From: an uncultured Planctomycetaceae bacterium | Lineage (GTDB): Bacteria; Planctomycetota; Planctomycetia; Planctomycetales; Planctomycetaceae | DNA length: 64,000 nucleotides | Reading direction: 5' to 3' | Assembly: GCA_963976765.1 (NCBI GenBank) | Contig: CAXBME010000003.1 | Span: forward strand, 62,001 to 126,000 | Part shown: piece after piece, positions 1-9,595 of the stretch | Layout of the letters: each line of letters starts with the position of its first letter | How positions within the stretch are numbered: the first letter of the stretch is position 1 | The notes under the pieces: model-generated | Told to the model about the DNA's origin: nothing | The model's database searches: none | What the model saw: only the letters and a program-made list of their open reading frames with translations | Program-made: the position numbers and the translations under genes

Positions 1-2632
1 GCCTGGACAGCCGCACCGTCAGAGAAACCTGACGAAGCCCATTCTCACCTTCCAGAACGACTTCAGATTCTGCAGACACGAGGGCAGGCCCAACAGATCC
101 GAGGACAGCCTGTACCAGTGAGTCGGCAAGGACCTGGCCGGCGTTCGTGTCAGTCGGATCGACTGTAAAATACAGGGGTTCATCGGGCTGGATGGGGTCA
201 TTCGGGATTGTGCCAGCAATAACCAGACCACTTTCATTGACCCCTCCGGTCAGGATCGACAGCGACTCAAGTGGCTGTCGAATCGCACCAAGCGGATCTG
301 TAGGATCAGCTTGAGCTTGCGCTCCCGACGCTCCTCCAATGCCGATCACCCGAATATTGCGTTGAACCAGTTCGTTGATCGTACTCTGGATACTTGCTCC
401 CGACGTAAACGGCACACCCGCAGTACCAACCGGGGCATTTCCAACGGCGCCATTCAGGACATTACTCGCCGGAACGGTAACACCATCAACCCCAACATAC
501 GGATCAACGTTATCCGGCAAGTGCTTTAGCCCGGCATCAGTGCCAACCAGAATCAATCGGATTGATTCCTGATTATTAACGATATCGCGGTTTCGAAAGC
601 CGATCCCATCATTGATGGTCCCCATTTCTGTCGGTGCCAGAACGGGACCGGTTGGATCCGTCATAAATGTAGAAAATGGTGGAACGTCATTACCCATCGT
701 TACCGCGGCAATCTGTGTGGACACAAGGCCGGCCACCCCCTGGTCAATTCTGCTTCCATTGCCATTCCCATCGAAACCGTCACCGGTTGCGATCTGGAAC
801 AACGCCTCGACTACCGACTCCGGAAAATCGGGAATTACCCCCCCGTTACCCAGTGCGTTCCTGGCCGCTGACAAAGCTCCCGTAATTGCTGCGTCAAAAT
901 TTGGTGTACTCGTCGCGATAATTGGTTGATTAAGTACGAATGGAGTACCGCTGCCGTAATCTTCAAATCGAGACACCCCAAACCCAACATCGAACCCCGG
1001 CAATGCGGTCTGAATTCGCTGTACAATCCCTGGAAACTCTGCCGCAAGCAGAGGAGCGACCGGTTCAAAACTATTCGTGGCATCAAGCGCCAACGCCAGA
1101 TCAAGCAGTGGTGGCGGCGGTAAATCATCGTTGACAATTCTGCCTTCGCCAAAACCGTCCAGAATTTCTGCACGCTCAACATTCTGCAGAATCACAAAGA
1201 AGTTCTCGTCAGATTCGACGAGCGTATCCCCATTCACCGAAATTGAGATCGTCTGGATAAGTTCACCAGGAAGGAAGACCAGTCGCCCGCTACTCGCCTC
1301 ATAGTCTGACAAACCAGTCTCAGTTTGAACCACCGACGAAGCAGTTCCATCCATGGTTACATAGTCAACAATCACTTCGTGATCGAACGCCGACGAAAGC
1401 GTGACAGTAAATGTCGCCGTCTGAGTGCCGAGTCCGCCTTCTGGCTCAATGGAGACGTCATCGATTGATATAAACCGATCGAAGGGGCACACACTCGTGA
1501 TCACGTCGGCTCCGCTTCCCCCCCGCACGCTGTCCGCACCGCCGCCTCCACAGAGACTGTCGTTATCACCTTGTCCCAGAACCGTGTCGTCGCCTCTCGC
1601 CCCATTGATCGTGTCCGCTCCAGCCCCTCCTTGAACAAGGTCGTTGCCACTGTCTGCAATGATTGAATCATTCCCAGACTGACCGTTGATCGTGTCATCG
1701 CCGGAGTTCCCGTACACCGTGTCATCGCCACTTCCGGCAGACACTGAATCATTTCCACTATCAGCGTCGATAAAGTCCCGCCCACCGTTCCCGACAATCG
1801 TATCATCGCCATCACCACCGCGAAGCGAATCATCATGTGCCCCACCAAGCATGAGGTCGCTGCCATCATTGCCGATCAGCGTATCAAACCCACTTTGCCC
1901 ATTGAGCGTGTCGTCACCGAGGCCACCGTCGATCCTGTCCGCCCCATCGCCACCATGAATTACATCGTTGCCGACATTTCCCAATACACTGTCGGCACCA
2001 TTTCCGCCGATCACGAAATCGTCACCAGCTCCGGCGTCAACCACGTCGTCGCCATCGTGAGCATCGATCGTGTCATTGCCTGATCCGCCAGTGATGGTGT
2101 CGTTACCGTCGTCGCCGAAGATCGTCAGATTACCCAGGCCAGAACTGATTGTGATGACGTCGTTTCCGTCGCCACCGTCGAGCGTGTCATCAAACCCGTC
2201 GGACGCAATGATCGTGTCGTCGCCGTTGTCGGCGTCAACCGTGATCTGCAGCGGGTCGCCATTGATCGAAACGAAGGTGAATGCCGCTGTCGTCACACCG
2301 CTCAGGTCGATCAGGTTTTCCGTATCGCTACCGATGATCGTCAGACGCTCGACATCGCTGGCCCGAAGGTTCGGCAAAGACTGATCAACGACACCGTTCA
2401 CAAGCACCTGCACCTGAGTCGAATCGGCAGGATTCGTCCTCACCGCAACGCTGTCGTTGCCTTCTTCGATGACAATGCTCAGCTCGCCATCGAAAAAAAG
2501 TGTCGAAGCTGACAGGTAAGTTCGTTCTTCAAGCACCTGAACCGGGCGATCGATTCCTGGTGATCGCCGCTTCGACTGCTTGCTCTGAAGCCGCCGTCCG
2601 AGTTTCCAGATATTGGAAAGAAGCATCTTCAT
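1..2632 (-). CDS. Large secreted planctomycete adhesin-like protein (LEPR-XLL-type N-terminus, RTX/hemolysin-type Ca-binding repeats, Calx-beta, vWA domain, second Calx-beta); 3' end runs off window
   Basis: Absent from ORF track because no stop in window. Manual translation from ATG 2632 (RBS AGGAGA): MKMLLSNIWKLGRRLQSKQSKRRSPGIDRPVQVLEERTYLSAST...; GGDGND-type repeats ~1500-2230; Calx-beta-like VDYVTMDGTA...DENFFVIL...GRIVNDD ~1125-1480; vWA DLALALDATNSF ~1065-1105; VVLEGENGLRQVSLTVRLS at the edge. Confidence 0.88.
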   Translation of the reverse strand, partial: MKMLLSNIWKLGRRLQSKQSKRRSPGIDRPVQVLEERTYLSASTLFFDGELSIVIEEGNDSVAVRTNPADSTQVQVLVNGVVDQSLPNLRASDVERLTIIGSDTENLIDLSGVTTAAFTFVSINGDPLQITVDADNGDDTIIASDGFDDTLDGGDGNDVITISSGLGNLTIFGDDGNDTITGGSGNDTIDAHDGDDVVDAGAGDDFVIGGNGADSVLGNVGNDVIHGGDGADRIDGGLGDDTLNGQSGFDTLIGNDGSDLMLGGAHDDSLRGGDGDDTIVGNGGRDFIDADSGNDSVSAGSGDDTVYGNSGDDTINGQSGNDSIIADSGNDLVQGGAGADTINGARGDDTVLGQGDNDSLCGGGGADSVRGGSGADVITSVCPFDRFISIDDVSIEPEGGLGTQTATFTVTLSSAFDHEVIVDYVTMDGTASSVVQTETGLSDYEASSGRLVFLPGELIQTISISVNGDTLVESDENFFVILQNVERAEILDGFGEGRIVNDDLPPPPLLDLALALDATNSFEPVAPLLAAEFPGIVQRIQTALPGFDVGFGVSRFEDYGSGTPFVLNQPIIATSTPNFDAAITGALSAARNALGNGGVIPDFPESVVEALFQIATGDGFDGNGNGSRIDQGVAGLVSTQIAAVTMGNDVPPFSTFMTDPTGPVLAPTEMGTINDGIGFRNRDIVNNQESIRLILVGTDAGLKHLPDNVDPYVGVDGVTVPASNVLNGAVGNAPVGTAGVPFTSGASIQSTINELVQRNIRVIGIGGASGAQAQADPTDPLGAIRQPLESLSILTGGVNESGLVIAGTIPNDPIQPDEPLYFTVDPTDTNAGQVLADSLVQAVLGSVGPALVSAESEVVLEGENGLRQVSLTVRLSR

Positions 2633-3094
2633 ATTCTCCTGGAATCTTCTTCCTTGAGTGACGACGACAGCCGCAAAGCCTCAGAGGCAACAGCGTCTGT
2701 TAACCCGCACAGCCTGAAATACCCTGACGGGCGATTCGACTGCTCTACCTGATTCAACAGTTCCAAGCCGTAAACGCCGCACCAGAACCCCAGCAAGGCG
2801 AACCCTTACCACTGGATCGGCTGGCACGACCGATGCGTCACACAAAACCGTGAGCATTCGTTACAGGCCGGAAAAGCGTTTCAGTCGCTACAATCGGATT
2901 CTTTTAACACTCGTCCGAGCGTCCTCTAACGTCGCGACAGGCTTCAATTCTTTGACGAACGCCCCCACGCGCGCTACTGTGCCGGTTACATCGAGCGAGT
3001 TTCCCCAATCAGGCCAGCAACTCAGTCTTTGCCTCAAGTTTCGAACCGAAATCCCGAGCGAAAGACGTCCCTCTGTGCGGAACGATGAATCAGC

Positions 3095-4081
3095 ATGTCG
3101 AAACTATTTCCACGATGTCAGATTATTCCTCTGCCCGACCAGCAGGTTTCAGTCCGGATCGATGGCTCTGAACGAACCCGCTGGCATTACGGAAGTCAGT
3201 ATCCACGACCGTTCTTCTTCCCGTTCAACGGCCCATCCGGTGAAACTCTGACCCGCATGGGACATCCCGGAGCTCCCAATCACGAGCACCACCGCTCGGT
3301 CTGGTTTGCCCATCACAAGCTGCTGGGTATCGATTTCTGGAGTGACAACTCCGATGCCCGCATCCGGCAGAAAGAGTGGCTCGTCTTTGAAGAAGGCGAT
3401 GAGCGAGCGATTCTTGCCACGCGGCTCGGCTGGTACGACGGCCACGAACCCAAAGAGCTGCTCGACCAGATCGTCATCGCCGTGTTCCGACCTGCCGGCG
3501 GCGGAGAAACACTGCTGGAACTTCAGTCCATTTTTCATCCGACAGCAGAATCGATCGAATTTCAGCAGACGAACTTTGGCTTCCTCGCCGTCCGCATGGC
3601 TCGATCCATCTCCGAACATTTTGGAACGGGAAAACTGACCAACAGCGACGGACTGGTTGGAGAGAAAGACGCTGCCGGAAAACCTAACATTTTCGGCAGA
3701 CAGGCTCGCTGGATGGACTACAGCGGCCCCGTTCTTCCCGCCGCAAATAACGGTGCCCGGACCACGCCGCAAAAGACAGCCGACAACGGATTCGTCGAAG
3801 GGATCACCTACTTCGATCACCCGAGTAATCCCGGATTCCCCAATCGCTGGCATGTTCGAGAAGACGGCTGGATGGGCGCGTCACCGTGTATGGACGGCCC
3901 ACTTCTGACAACCCGCTCGGCACCGTTGCGACTGCGATTTCTGCTGCATGCGCATTCCGGCAAGGTCGACCCGTCAAACGCCAACGCCATCGCTGAACAA
4001 TTCGCCGCGTGGCCCGACTTCGACGTCATCAAGTCTGGAAAACCGCATCAGCAGAACGAAATCCGTGAGCTGTCCCCCTGA
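3095..4081 (+). CDS. PmoA-like/DUF6807 family protein (not a true methane monooxygenase)
   Basis: 328 aa; RPFFFP...HEHHRSVWFAH...GFLAVRMA...W(M)DYSG...WHVREDG motifs typical of this family. Confidence 0.75.
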   Translation: MSKLFPRCQIIPLPDQQVSVRIDGSERTRWHYGSQYPRPFFFPFNGPSGETLTRMGHPGAPNHEHHRSVWFAHHKLLGIDFWSDNSDARIRQKEWLVFEEGDERAILATRLGWYDGHEPKELLDQIVIAVFRPAGGGETLLELQSIFHPTAESIEFQQTNFGFLAVRMARSISEHFGTGKLTNSDGLVGEKDAAGKPNIFGRQARWMDYSGPVLPAANNGARTTPQKTADNGFVEGITYFDHPSNPGFPNRWHVREDGWMGASPCMDGPLLTTRSAPLRLRFLLHAHSGKVDPSNANAIAEQFAAWPDFDVIKSGKPHQQNEIRELSP

Positions 4082-4378
4082 GCCCGTTCGCGAAATGCCA
4101 GTTCGAACGAATAATCCGAACGTCTCGAACTGACAGGAATGCCCGACAGAAGGAGCGTTCGCTAATGCGGATTCTTCCGACCGGAACGAATCGCGGCAAT
4201 TCTCATGTGCAAATCCTCGGACAGCTTCTTGTCTGAGAGGGACTCTCTTCCGTAAAGTCGTAAGGTTGCTGTTAATTGCGTGGAATAATTCACGTCCTGC
4301 TGAATATCAGAGTCGGCGGCTGAGCCTTCCCAGTCCGCCACGTCCGCCCCTGGCGATTCCGTTTGAACTGAGGCTGCT

Positions 4379-4816
4379 GTGAGCAAACTCGCATTCTTCT
4401 TCATGACGCTCGTCGGAGCCATTCCCGCCGGTGGAGCACTTTACGCTCTTATCATGAACATCCTCGACCGGGCGAACAGCATCGGGACGGTTCTGCTTGC
4501 CGTGACAATTACCGCCACGGTCTGCACAGCCCTGATCGTGCTGACGCCGTTCATCGTACTCGTCTTTTACAAAGACACGCGTCTGCCAATGACTCCACAA
4601 CCGGAAGGTGCTGCAGCCGGAGCAGCCGCTGCGGCGCCACAGAAAGCCGATCAGGAAGAAGGCTTTGGAGACGCCATTCCCGAAGACTTCGACGAAGCAG
4701 AACTCGCCGCCAGCACTGACGCAGAGTTCGATGACGACGTGGACGCCTACGAAGACGATGAATTCGGCGACTACGATGAGGAATACGAAGAATTCGACGA
4801 CGACGAAAATCTCTGA
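4379..4816 (+). CDS. Hypothetical two-TM membrane protein with highly acidic C-terminal tail
   Basis: Two hydrophobic helices, Ala-rich linker, D/E-rich tail (EFDDDVDAYEDDEFGDYDEEYEEFDDDENL); GTG start with GAGG upstream. Confidence 0.7.
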   Translation: MSKLAFFFMTLVGAIPAGGALYALIMNILDRANSIGTVLLAVTITATVCTALIVLTPFIVLVFYKDTRLPMTPQPEGAAAGAAAAAPQKADQEEGFGDAIPEDFDEAELAASTDAEFDDDVDAYEDDEFGDYDEEYEEFDDDENL

Positions 4817-4939
4817 GCCGCTTCGAAACAGACCGTCATCAGTCGGCACAGGGTGCTTCCCCGACGCACCATCAACTCATGTGATGTCCAGACAACACTG
4901 CAGCGCATCGAGCTGAACCCTGAAGTTCATCCGGAGTTG

Positions 4940-6457
4940 TTACCCGGCGCCGACGTCGCTTTCGTAGTAACGGACCAGCGACTGGTTATCGAGTCGATTG
5001 ATCTCAACGTCGACCGGAGCCAGATCCGTCGGCAGACTGAACAGGCTGGAAAGCATTTCATCGTTCAGAAACCGCAGTTCGCCGGTCAGCTCGCCGGACA
5101 GCTTCCGAGGCGTTTCAAACGCTGAAAGACTCGCCAGCGCGAACCCCCAGTCGCCAAACGATGGCACGGCCGCATGAAATGGCCGCACATGGAAACCCGC
5201 TGCTTCCATCGTTCGGATGACGCACCAGTAAGCTTTCCGCGACAGAAGGGGCGACGTGCACTGAATGCAGACTCGCGAATCGGGACTCAACCGCTGAGCG
5301 AGCAGCCGATAGAAACGGGTCGTGTAGAGCTTGCCCAGTGAGAAGGAATTCGGATCCGGAAAGTCGATCAGCACCAGATCGAAATGCTCAGACACTGATT
5401 CCAGCCAGATCATTGCATCGTCGTTGACAATCGTGACTCGCGAATCTTTCAACGCACCGCCGTTCAACTTCGCCAGTGGCGGAAACGATTCGGAAAGAGC
5501 AGTCATCTCCGGGTCGATGTCCACCAGCGTCACGTGTTCAACACTCCGATACTTCAGCAGCTCCCGCAGAGCCAGCCCGTCACCCCCTCCCAGAATCAGC
5601 ACGTTTCGAATGGAACGTGCCGTCGCAACAGCCGGATGGACCAGCGCCTCGTGATACCGATATTCGTCCGACGAGCTGAATTGCAGATTCCCATTCAGGT
5701 ACAGCTGAAACCCCGTCCGGTTCTGCGTAACGACAATCCGCTGGTAAGCAGTCGTCTGCGTATGAACGATCGGGCTGGCGAACATGCTGTTTTCAGCGAG
5801 CGACGTCAGCGAGTCTGCCTTCACCAGCCCGGCCACAAGCAGCGTCAGCACCACAACAGCGCGAATACGCAACCCCGTCACGCTGCCAGCCAGAATCGGA
5901 CGCAGGAGCGACGTTCCCCACAGCCCGACGAGAGCGTTGAGAATTCCGAAGACCAGCGACGTTCGCACCAGCCCCAGCGTCGGCACCAGAAACATCGGAA
6001 ACATCAGCGACGCCACCAGGGCGCCGATGTAATCAAACGTCAGAACTTTGGAGACCAGGTCGTCAAAGTCCAGATGCCCTTTCAGAATCCGCATCAGCAG
6101 CGGAAGCTCCAGCCCGACCAGCACGCCGATCCCGAAGACGACTCCGTACAGAACCGGCAGAAACCAGGCCAGCTTCGCGAAGCATAGAAAGAGCAGCGGA
6201 GCACTCGTCCCTCCGAGCAGCGCTACCCCCAGCTCCACTTCAACAAACGTCCGGGCAACGTTTTTCTTCACGAACGACGATACCCAGGCACCTGCTCCCA
6301 GAGCTGACAGATAGACGCCAATGATCAGCGAAAACTGCGTTACCGAATCGCCGAGCACATAGCTGGCCAGCGTCCCGGCCAGCAGCTCGTAAACGAGTCC
6401 GCACGTCGCAATGATCAGAACGTTCAAATAAAGCAGAGACAGCGGCGCGTCATTCAT
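4940..6457 (-). CDS. speE: Membrane-anchored polyamine aminopropyltransferase (spermidine synthase-like)
   Basis: Multi-TM N-terminus ([17 protein letters not shown]...) plus aminopropyltransferase domain: [35 protein letters not shown]. Start placed at ATG 6457; the ORF-track extension to 6724 runs through a REP-like repeat. Confidence 0.88.
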   Translation of the reverse strand: MNDAPLSLLYLNVLIIATCGLVYELLAGTLASYVLGDSVTQFSLIIGVYLSALGAGAWVSSFVKKNVARTFVEVELGVALLGGTSAPLLFLCFAKLAWFLPVLYGVVFGIGVLVGLELPLLMRILKGHLDFDDLVSKVLTFDYIGALVASLMFPMFLVPTLGLVRTSLVFGILNALVGLWGTSLLRPILAGSVTGLRIRAVVVLTLLVAGLVKADSLTSLAENSMFASPIVHTQTTAYQRIVVTQNRTGFQLYLNGNLQFSSSDEYRYHEALVHPAVATARSIRNVLILGGGDGLALRELLKYRSVEHVTLVDIDPEMTALSESFPPLAKLNGGALKDSRVTIVNDDAMIWLESVSEHFDLVLIDFPDPNSFSLGKLYTTRFYRLLAQRLSPDSRVCIQCTSPLLSRKAYWCVIRTMEAAGFHVRPFHAAVPSFGDWGFALASLSAFETPRKLSGELTGELRFLNDEMLSSLFSLPTDLAPVDVEINRLDNQSLVRYYESDVGAG

Positions 6458-6680
6458 CAGCGGCGAGCGAACTGGTTCGTTACCGGACGTCGCTTCTGCC
6501 TGCCGTGTCCCGTCAATCAGATTGCGATCGACTGTCGGCACCGACACTTCGGACCTGCCCACCAGCTCCACGACGATCTCGTCATCCGCGTCGAAATCGT
6601 CGGTCACTGAACACACCGCCTGACACTCACCTTTGAAACTCCAAAACCGCTGCGTTGAACTTGACTGCCCGTTAACAAAG

Positions 6681-6757
6681 TATGCCACTGGCTCTACCAG
6701 TGCAGATTTGCTTTCGGCGTTCACGCGAAGCCCTGCATTGGCTGAGCCTGTGGCACG
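6681..6757. repeat. REP/REPIN-like inverted pair, copy 1
   Basis: TATGCCACTGGCTCTACCAGTGCA ... TGCATTGGCTGAGCCTGTGGCACG; same 77-bp span and related sequence as 21912-21988. Confidence 0.75.
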
Positions 6758-6771
6758 CTTCCGATCGGGAA

Positions 6772-7068
6772 TCAGCCATGAATCGCCGCGGCGATGATGA
6801 TCGAAATCCCGATCACAATGGAGCCGACCATAATCCCCAGGGCCGTATTCTGATCCTCTTCGATTTCCTTCCAGAACGGAAGCGGCATCAGCTTGCTCAT
6901 CAAAACGATCGAAATCGCCAGCACGACCAGGCCGATCACCGCAAAAATGATTGCGGCGATGGCGTTCTGAGCAACCATCGCAAACCCGCCGCCATCCCCC
7001 TCAGCCGCCAGTAATGCCATTTCGAAACCATTCATCCCGGCCAACAATTGGCCCACGAAACTCGACAT
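6772..7068 (-). CDS. DUF350 family small membrane protein
   Basis: Two TMs flanking [15 protein letters not shown] and ending IIIAAAIHG, characteristic of DUF350; RBS GGAG. Confidence 0.85.
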   Translation of the reverse strand: MSSFVGQLLAGMNGFEMALLAAEGDGGGFAMVAQNAIAAIIFAVIGLVVLAISIVLMSKLMPLPFWKEIEEDQNTALGIMVGSIVIGISIIIAAAIHG

Positions 7069-7139
7069 GGTTCTCGCTCCTGATTCTTATTCATTCTCAA
7101 ATTGAGTGATCGATCAAAACGCCTGCTGAATGCGGCGTT

Positions 7140-7331
7140 CTACTTACCAAAATGAAAGCCGCCACTGCCACTCCCGCCGCCGCTGAAAAAGAAGAACCCG
7201 CTGCGGCCTGTTCCGCCGCTCGATTTACCATCGAAGAGGTCCGGAGCCTTCCACCCCAGGGCGAATGCCGCTCCCAGCCCAATGCACAGCGTCAGGCCAA
7301 CAACCTGATAGATTTTTGTAAGCATTGCCAC
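7140..7331 (-). CDS. Small single-TM peptide with Gly/Ser-rich tail ending in Lys
   Basis: 63 aa: TM segment then GKSSGGTGRSGFFFFSGGGSGSGGFHFGK; lies co-oriented between the DUF4178 and DUF350 genes. Confidence 0.7.
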   Translation of the reverse strand: MAMLTKIYQVVGLTLCIGLGAAFALGWKAPDLFDGKSSGGTGRSGFFFFSGGGSGSGGFHFGK

Positions 7332-7411
7332 ACCTTTCAGCGATTCGCCAGCGACTGTTCAGTCAGCAGTTCATCGTACGCTTCAGAATTCAACAGCAGG
7401 TCCGCACGTCA

Positions 7412-8983
7412 TCAATCATCCGAGGCGTACGGCGAGTAGTCACTTTCCGACCAGCGTTTCACATCGAAGCTGTGATTGACGATGAGGGCGCCAACCGGAA
7501 TAACCGACACAAGAAACAGTCCCCACGCAAGTACCCACGGGTCGGCCGAGTCGCTCATTGCAGCCGCGCCGAGATAAATCACCCCCATCGCCAACCCGAA
7601 CATCAGCCACTGCAGATAGATCCCTCGATCGCACGGAAACGGTTGGTTCGGGGCGACTTTCCATCCGCGAGGCAGTTCATGCTCCAGTTTGAAAGCTCCT
7701 TCGATGACTTCATGCTCAATGTACCTGCCGAGCGACACGTTGACCTCACCCAGATTCATCCGCTTGCCTGCCAGCTGATCTTCTGGAGAAGCCATTGCCA
7801 TCGAGCGTTCAACCGACATCGCGTACGGCGGGCAGATCAGGTCACGCGAGGTCACTTCTTCGCCGACTTCGACCTTCCAGTAAAACTCACCCAGCACGTA
7901 CTCCACCCGAGCAATCGCACGCTGAAACAGCTTGAATGTCTTTCCGTCCCAGGCCGCTGACGTTTTGTAGTCATGCACGTCGGCAGGCGAGAGCGGCTCG
8001 GAAAAACTCCAGTGCTCGTCGCTGTGGACCAGCCACCGAAACCCTACTTCCGTATTGTAGAGCAGGTACTCCGTCCAGAAGTATTTCCGGTCGAACGTCA
8101 CCGACCGCTGCATGAAGCCAATGACGATGTACTCAACATCGTAAAGCGTGCCTGTCGAACCGATCTCGATCAGTGGGTCAACTTTCGTCGTCAGCGTTTC
8201 CAGGTACTGAAGGTTGCCTCGGTCACAGTCGAGCACCGCGCCGCAGTACGGACAACCGACTCGCTTTGTTTCATCCGGAGCCTGCAACTTCAGCGAGCCG
8301 GCACACTGGGGACAACTGACATCCCTGGCGGCGATCCGTTTTACTTCTTTCTCCGCCGCTCGCAGACCAGACATACCGATCTCGTCGAGCGACACCTGCC
8401 AGCCGATATACCCCGCTGGCTGACTTCCGTAATCCAACGTGGCAAACTGACCGTCCGGCCCGTACAGATCGGCGAACGGGTGAGCCTCGCCAGGATGAAA
8501 GTCGAACGGAATTTCCCCCTCGGCTCCGGCAGCGGTTCCTTCGCCCACTTCCGCAACCGTGAACTCGTTATCGCCCAGTTTGATCCTCTCACCGGCTTCG
8601 AGCGAATCCAGACCGGGCAGTTCACTTCCGTCTTTCACCTTCTTCTGGAAGGTCATGTAGAAGCGGCCCTGAGCTTCCGCCAGCCAGCCCCACTTACCGT
8701 TGGGAAACTGAGCGTACCACTCGTCCCACACGCCGCCGGCTGAATGCTGATACTGAATCCGGCCAACGATCCGAAACGGCTTACCGCGAAACCTGCCTTT
8801 AACATCGAGGCTCAACGGAGACTGAGTTTCGACCAGATCGGCAACCTTGCCGTGATCTTCGAACTTCTTGTCCCCGCGCGCGACGACGCTCTGGCAGTAC
8901 GGGCAAATGGTGACCAGCGAGGTCCGCGACCTGAACTCAACGGGAGCAGCGCACGAGGGACACGGAGCTTCCAGTCGCGCCAT
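7412..8983 (-). CDS. DUF4178 domain protein with zinc-ribbons and two C-terminal TMs
   Basis: CPSC..CPYC and CPQC..CPYC pairs; two repeats of GRIQY/GFMQR..W(D/T)E(W/Y)..WL; YVLGEFYWKV motif; RBS GGAGAGG. Confidence 0.85.
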   Translation of the reverse strand: MARLEAPCPSCAAPVEFRSRTSLVTICPYCQSVVARGDKKFEDHGKVADLVETQSPLSLDVKGRFRGKPFRIVGRIQYQHSAGGVWDEWYAQFPNGKWGWLAEAQGRFYMTFQKKVKDGSELPGLDSLEAGERIKLGDNEFTVAEVGEGTAAGAEGEIPFDFHPGEAHPFADLYGPDGQFATLDYGSQPAGYIGWQVSLDEIGMSGLRAAEKEVKRIAARDVSCPQCAGSLKLQAPDETKRVGCPYCGAVLDCDRGNLQYLETLTTKVDPLIEIGSTGTLYDVEYIVIGFMQRSVTFDRKYFWTEYLLYNTEVGFRWLVHSDEHWSFSEPLSPADVHDYKTSAAWDGKTFKLFQRAIARVEYVLGEFYWKVEVGEEVTSRDLICPPYAMSVERSMAMASPEDQLAGKRMNLGEVNVSLGRYIEHEVIEGAFKLEHELPRGWKVAPNQPFPCDRGIYLQWLMFGLAMGVIYLGAAAMSDSADPWVLAWGLFLVSVIPVGALIVNHSFDVKRWSESDYSPYASDD

Positions 8984-9034
8984 CAGTCGTTCCCTCTCCA
9001 GTTCTTAGAAATCCTCAGCGTCCCACACACGTCA

Positions 9035-9085
9035 CAAACCCGAATTGCAGACGGGAATTGCAGACGGGAATTGCAAACCCGAATT
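9035..9085. repeat. 13-bp-period tandem repeat upstream of the DUF4178 operon
   Basis: CAAACCC-GAATTGCAGACGG-GAATTGCAGACGG-GAATTGCAAACCC-GAATT. Confidence 0.75.
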
Positions 9086-9595
9086 CTGTCACAACCCCCG
9101 CAGCACGTCGACCCTTCTCCAGAACTCGGCGACTCCAGCCACAACCACACGGAACCTATTCAAGAGCTGCGTACGCAATCCATCTCAACGGCTGCAAGCC
9201 AGACTCTTCGCAGGGCGCGTCAGCATCTTTCATAGGCTACGTCTTGACGCACCAGCAATCTGCCCCGTGACAAACTGCCTCGTGACGAACCGGTGCACTG
9301 GTCCTGCTTCTACACATGGGACGGCCGTACTGAATTCGCACGCGAGTCGTTTGATTACGAAGTCGCCCGAGTTGTTTCATCTCCTCTGCATGGAACGGCA
9401 CACGCAGATGATGAAATCGCGGTGTTCGTTGATATTGCGGAGGCAGTGTGAGGTGCTGACGGTTTCAGGGACAGGTAACGCCCGATGTCGTCAACTTCAC
9501 AGAAGAAGGCGAGTGAAGGCGTAGTTAAGAACTACCTCTGCAGAACGTCATCAATACGGTAGTAGTCTCAAGAAAACATTTGTGAGTAAGACGCA

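Noticed and set aside
2633..3094. Riboswitch or ncRNA in the long leader of the adhesin gene (also 31360-31852)
   Set aside because: No recognisable riboswitch, tRNA or rRNA consensus by eye; an Rfam scan would be needed.
3095..4081. Methane monooxygenase suggested by the PmoA family label
   Set aside because: Soluble protein without pmoCAB context; the family name does not imply that activity.
6458..6724. 89-aa N-terminal extension of SpeE in the ORF track
   Set aside because: Crosses the REP-like element; family-like sequence begins at [10 protein letters not shown] (6457).
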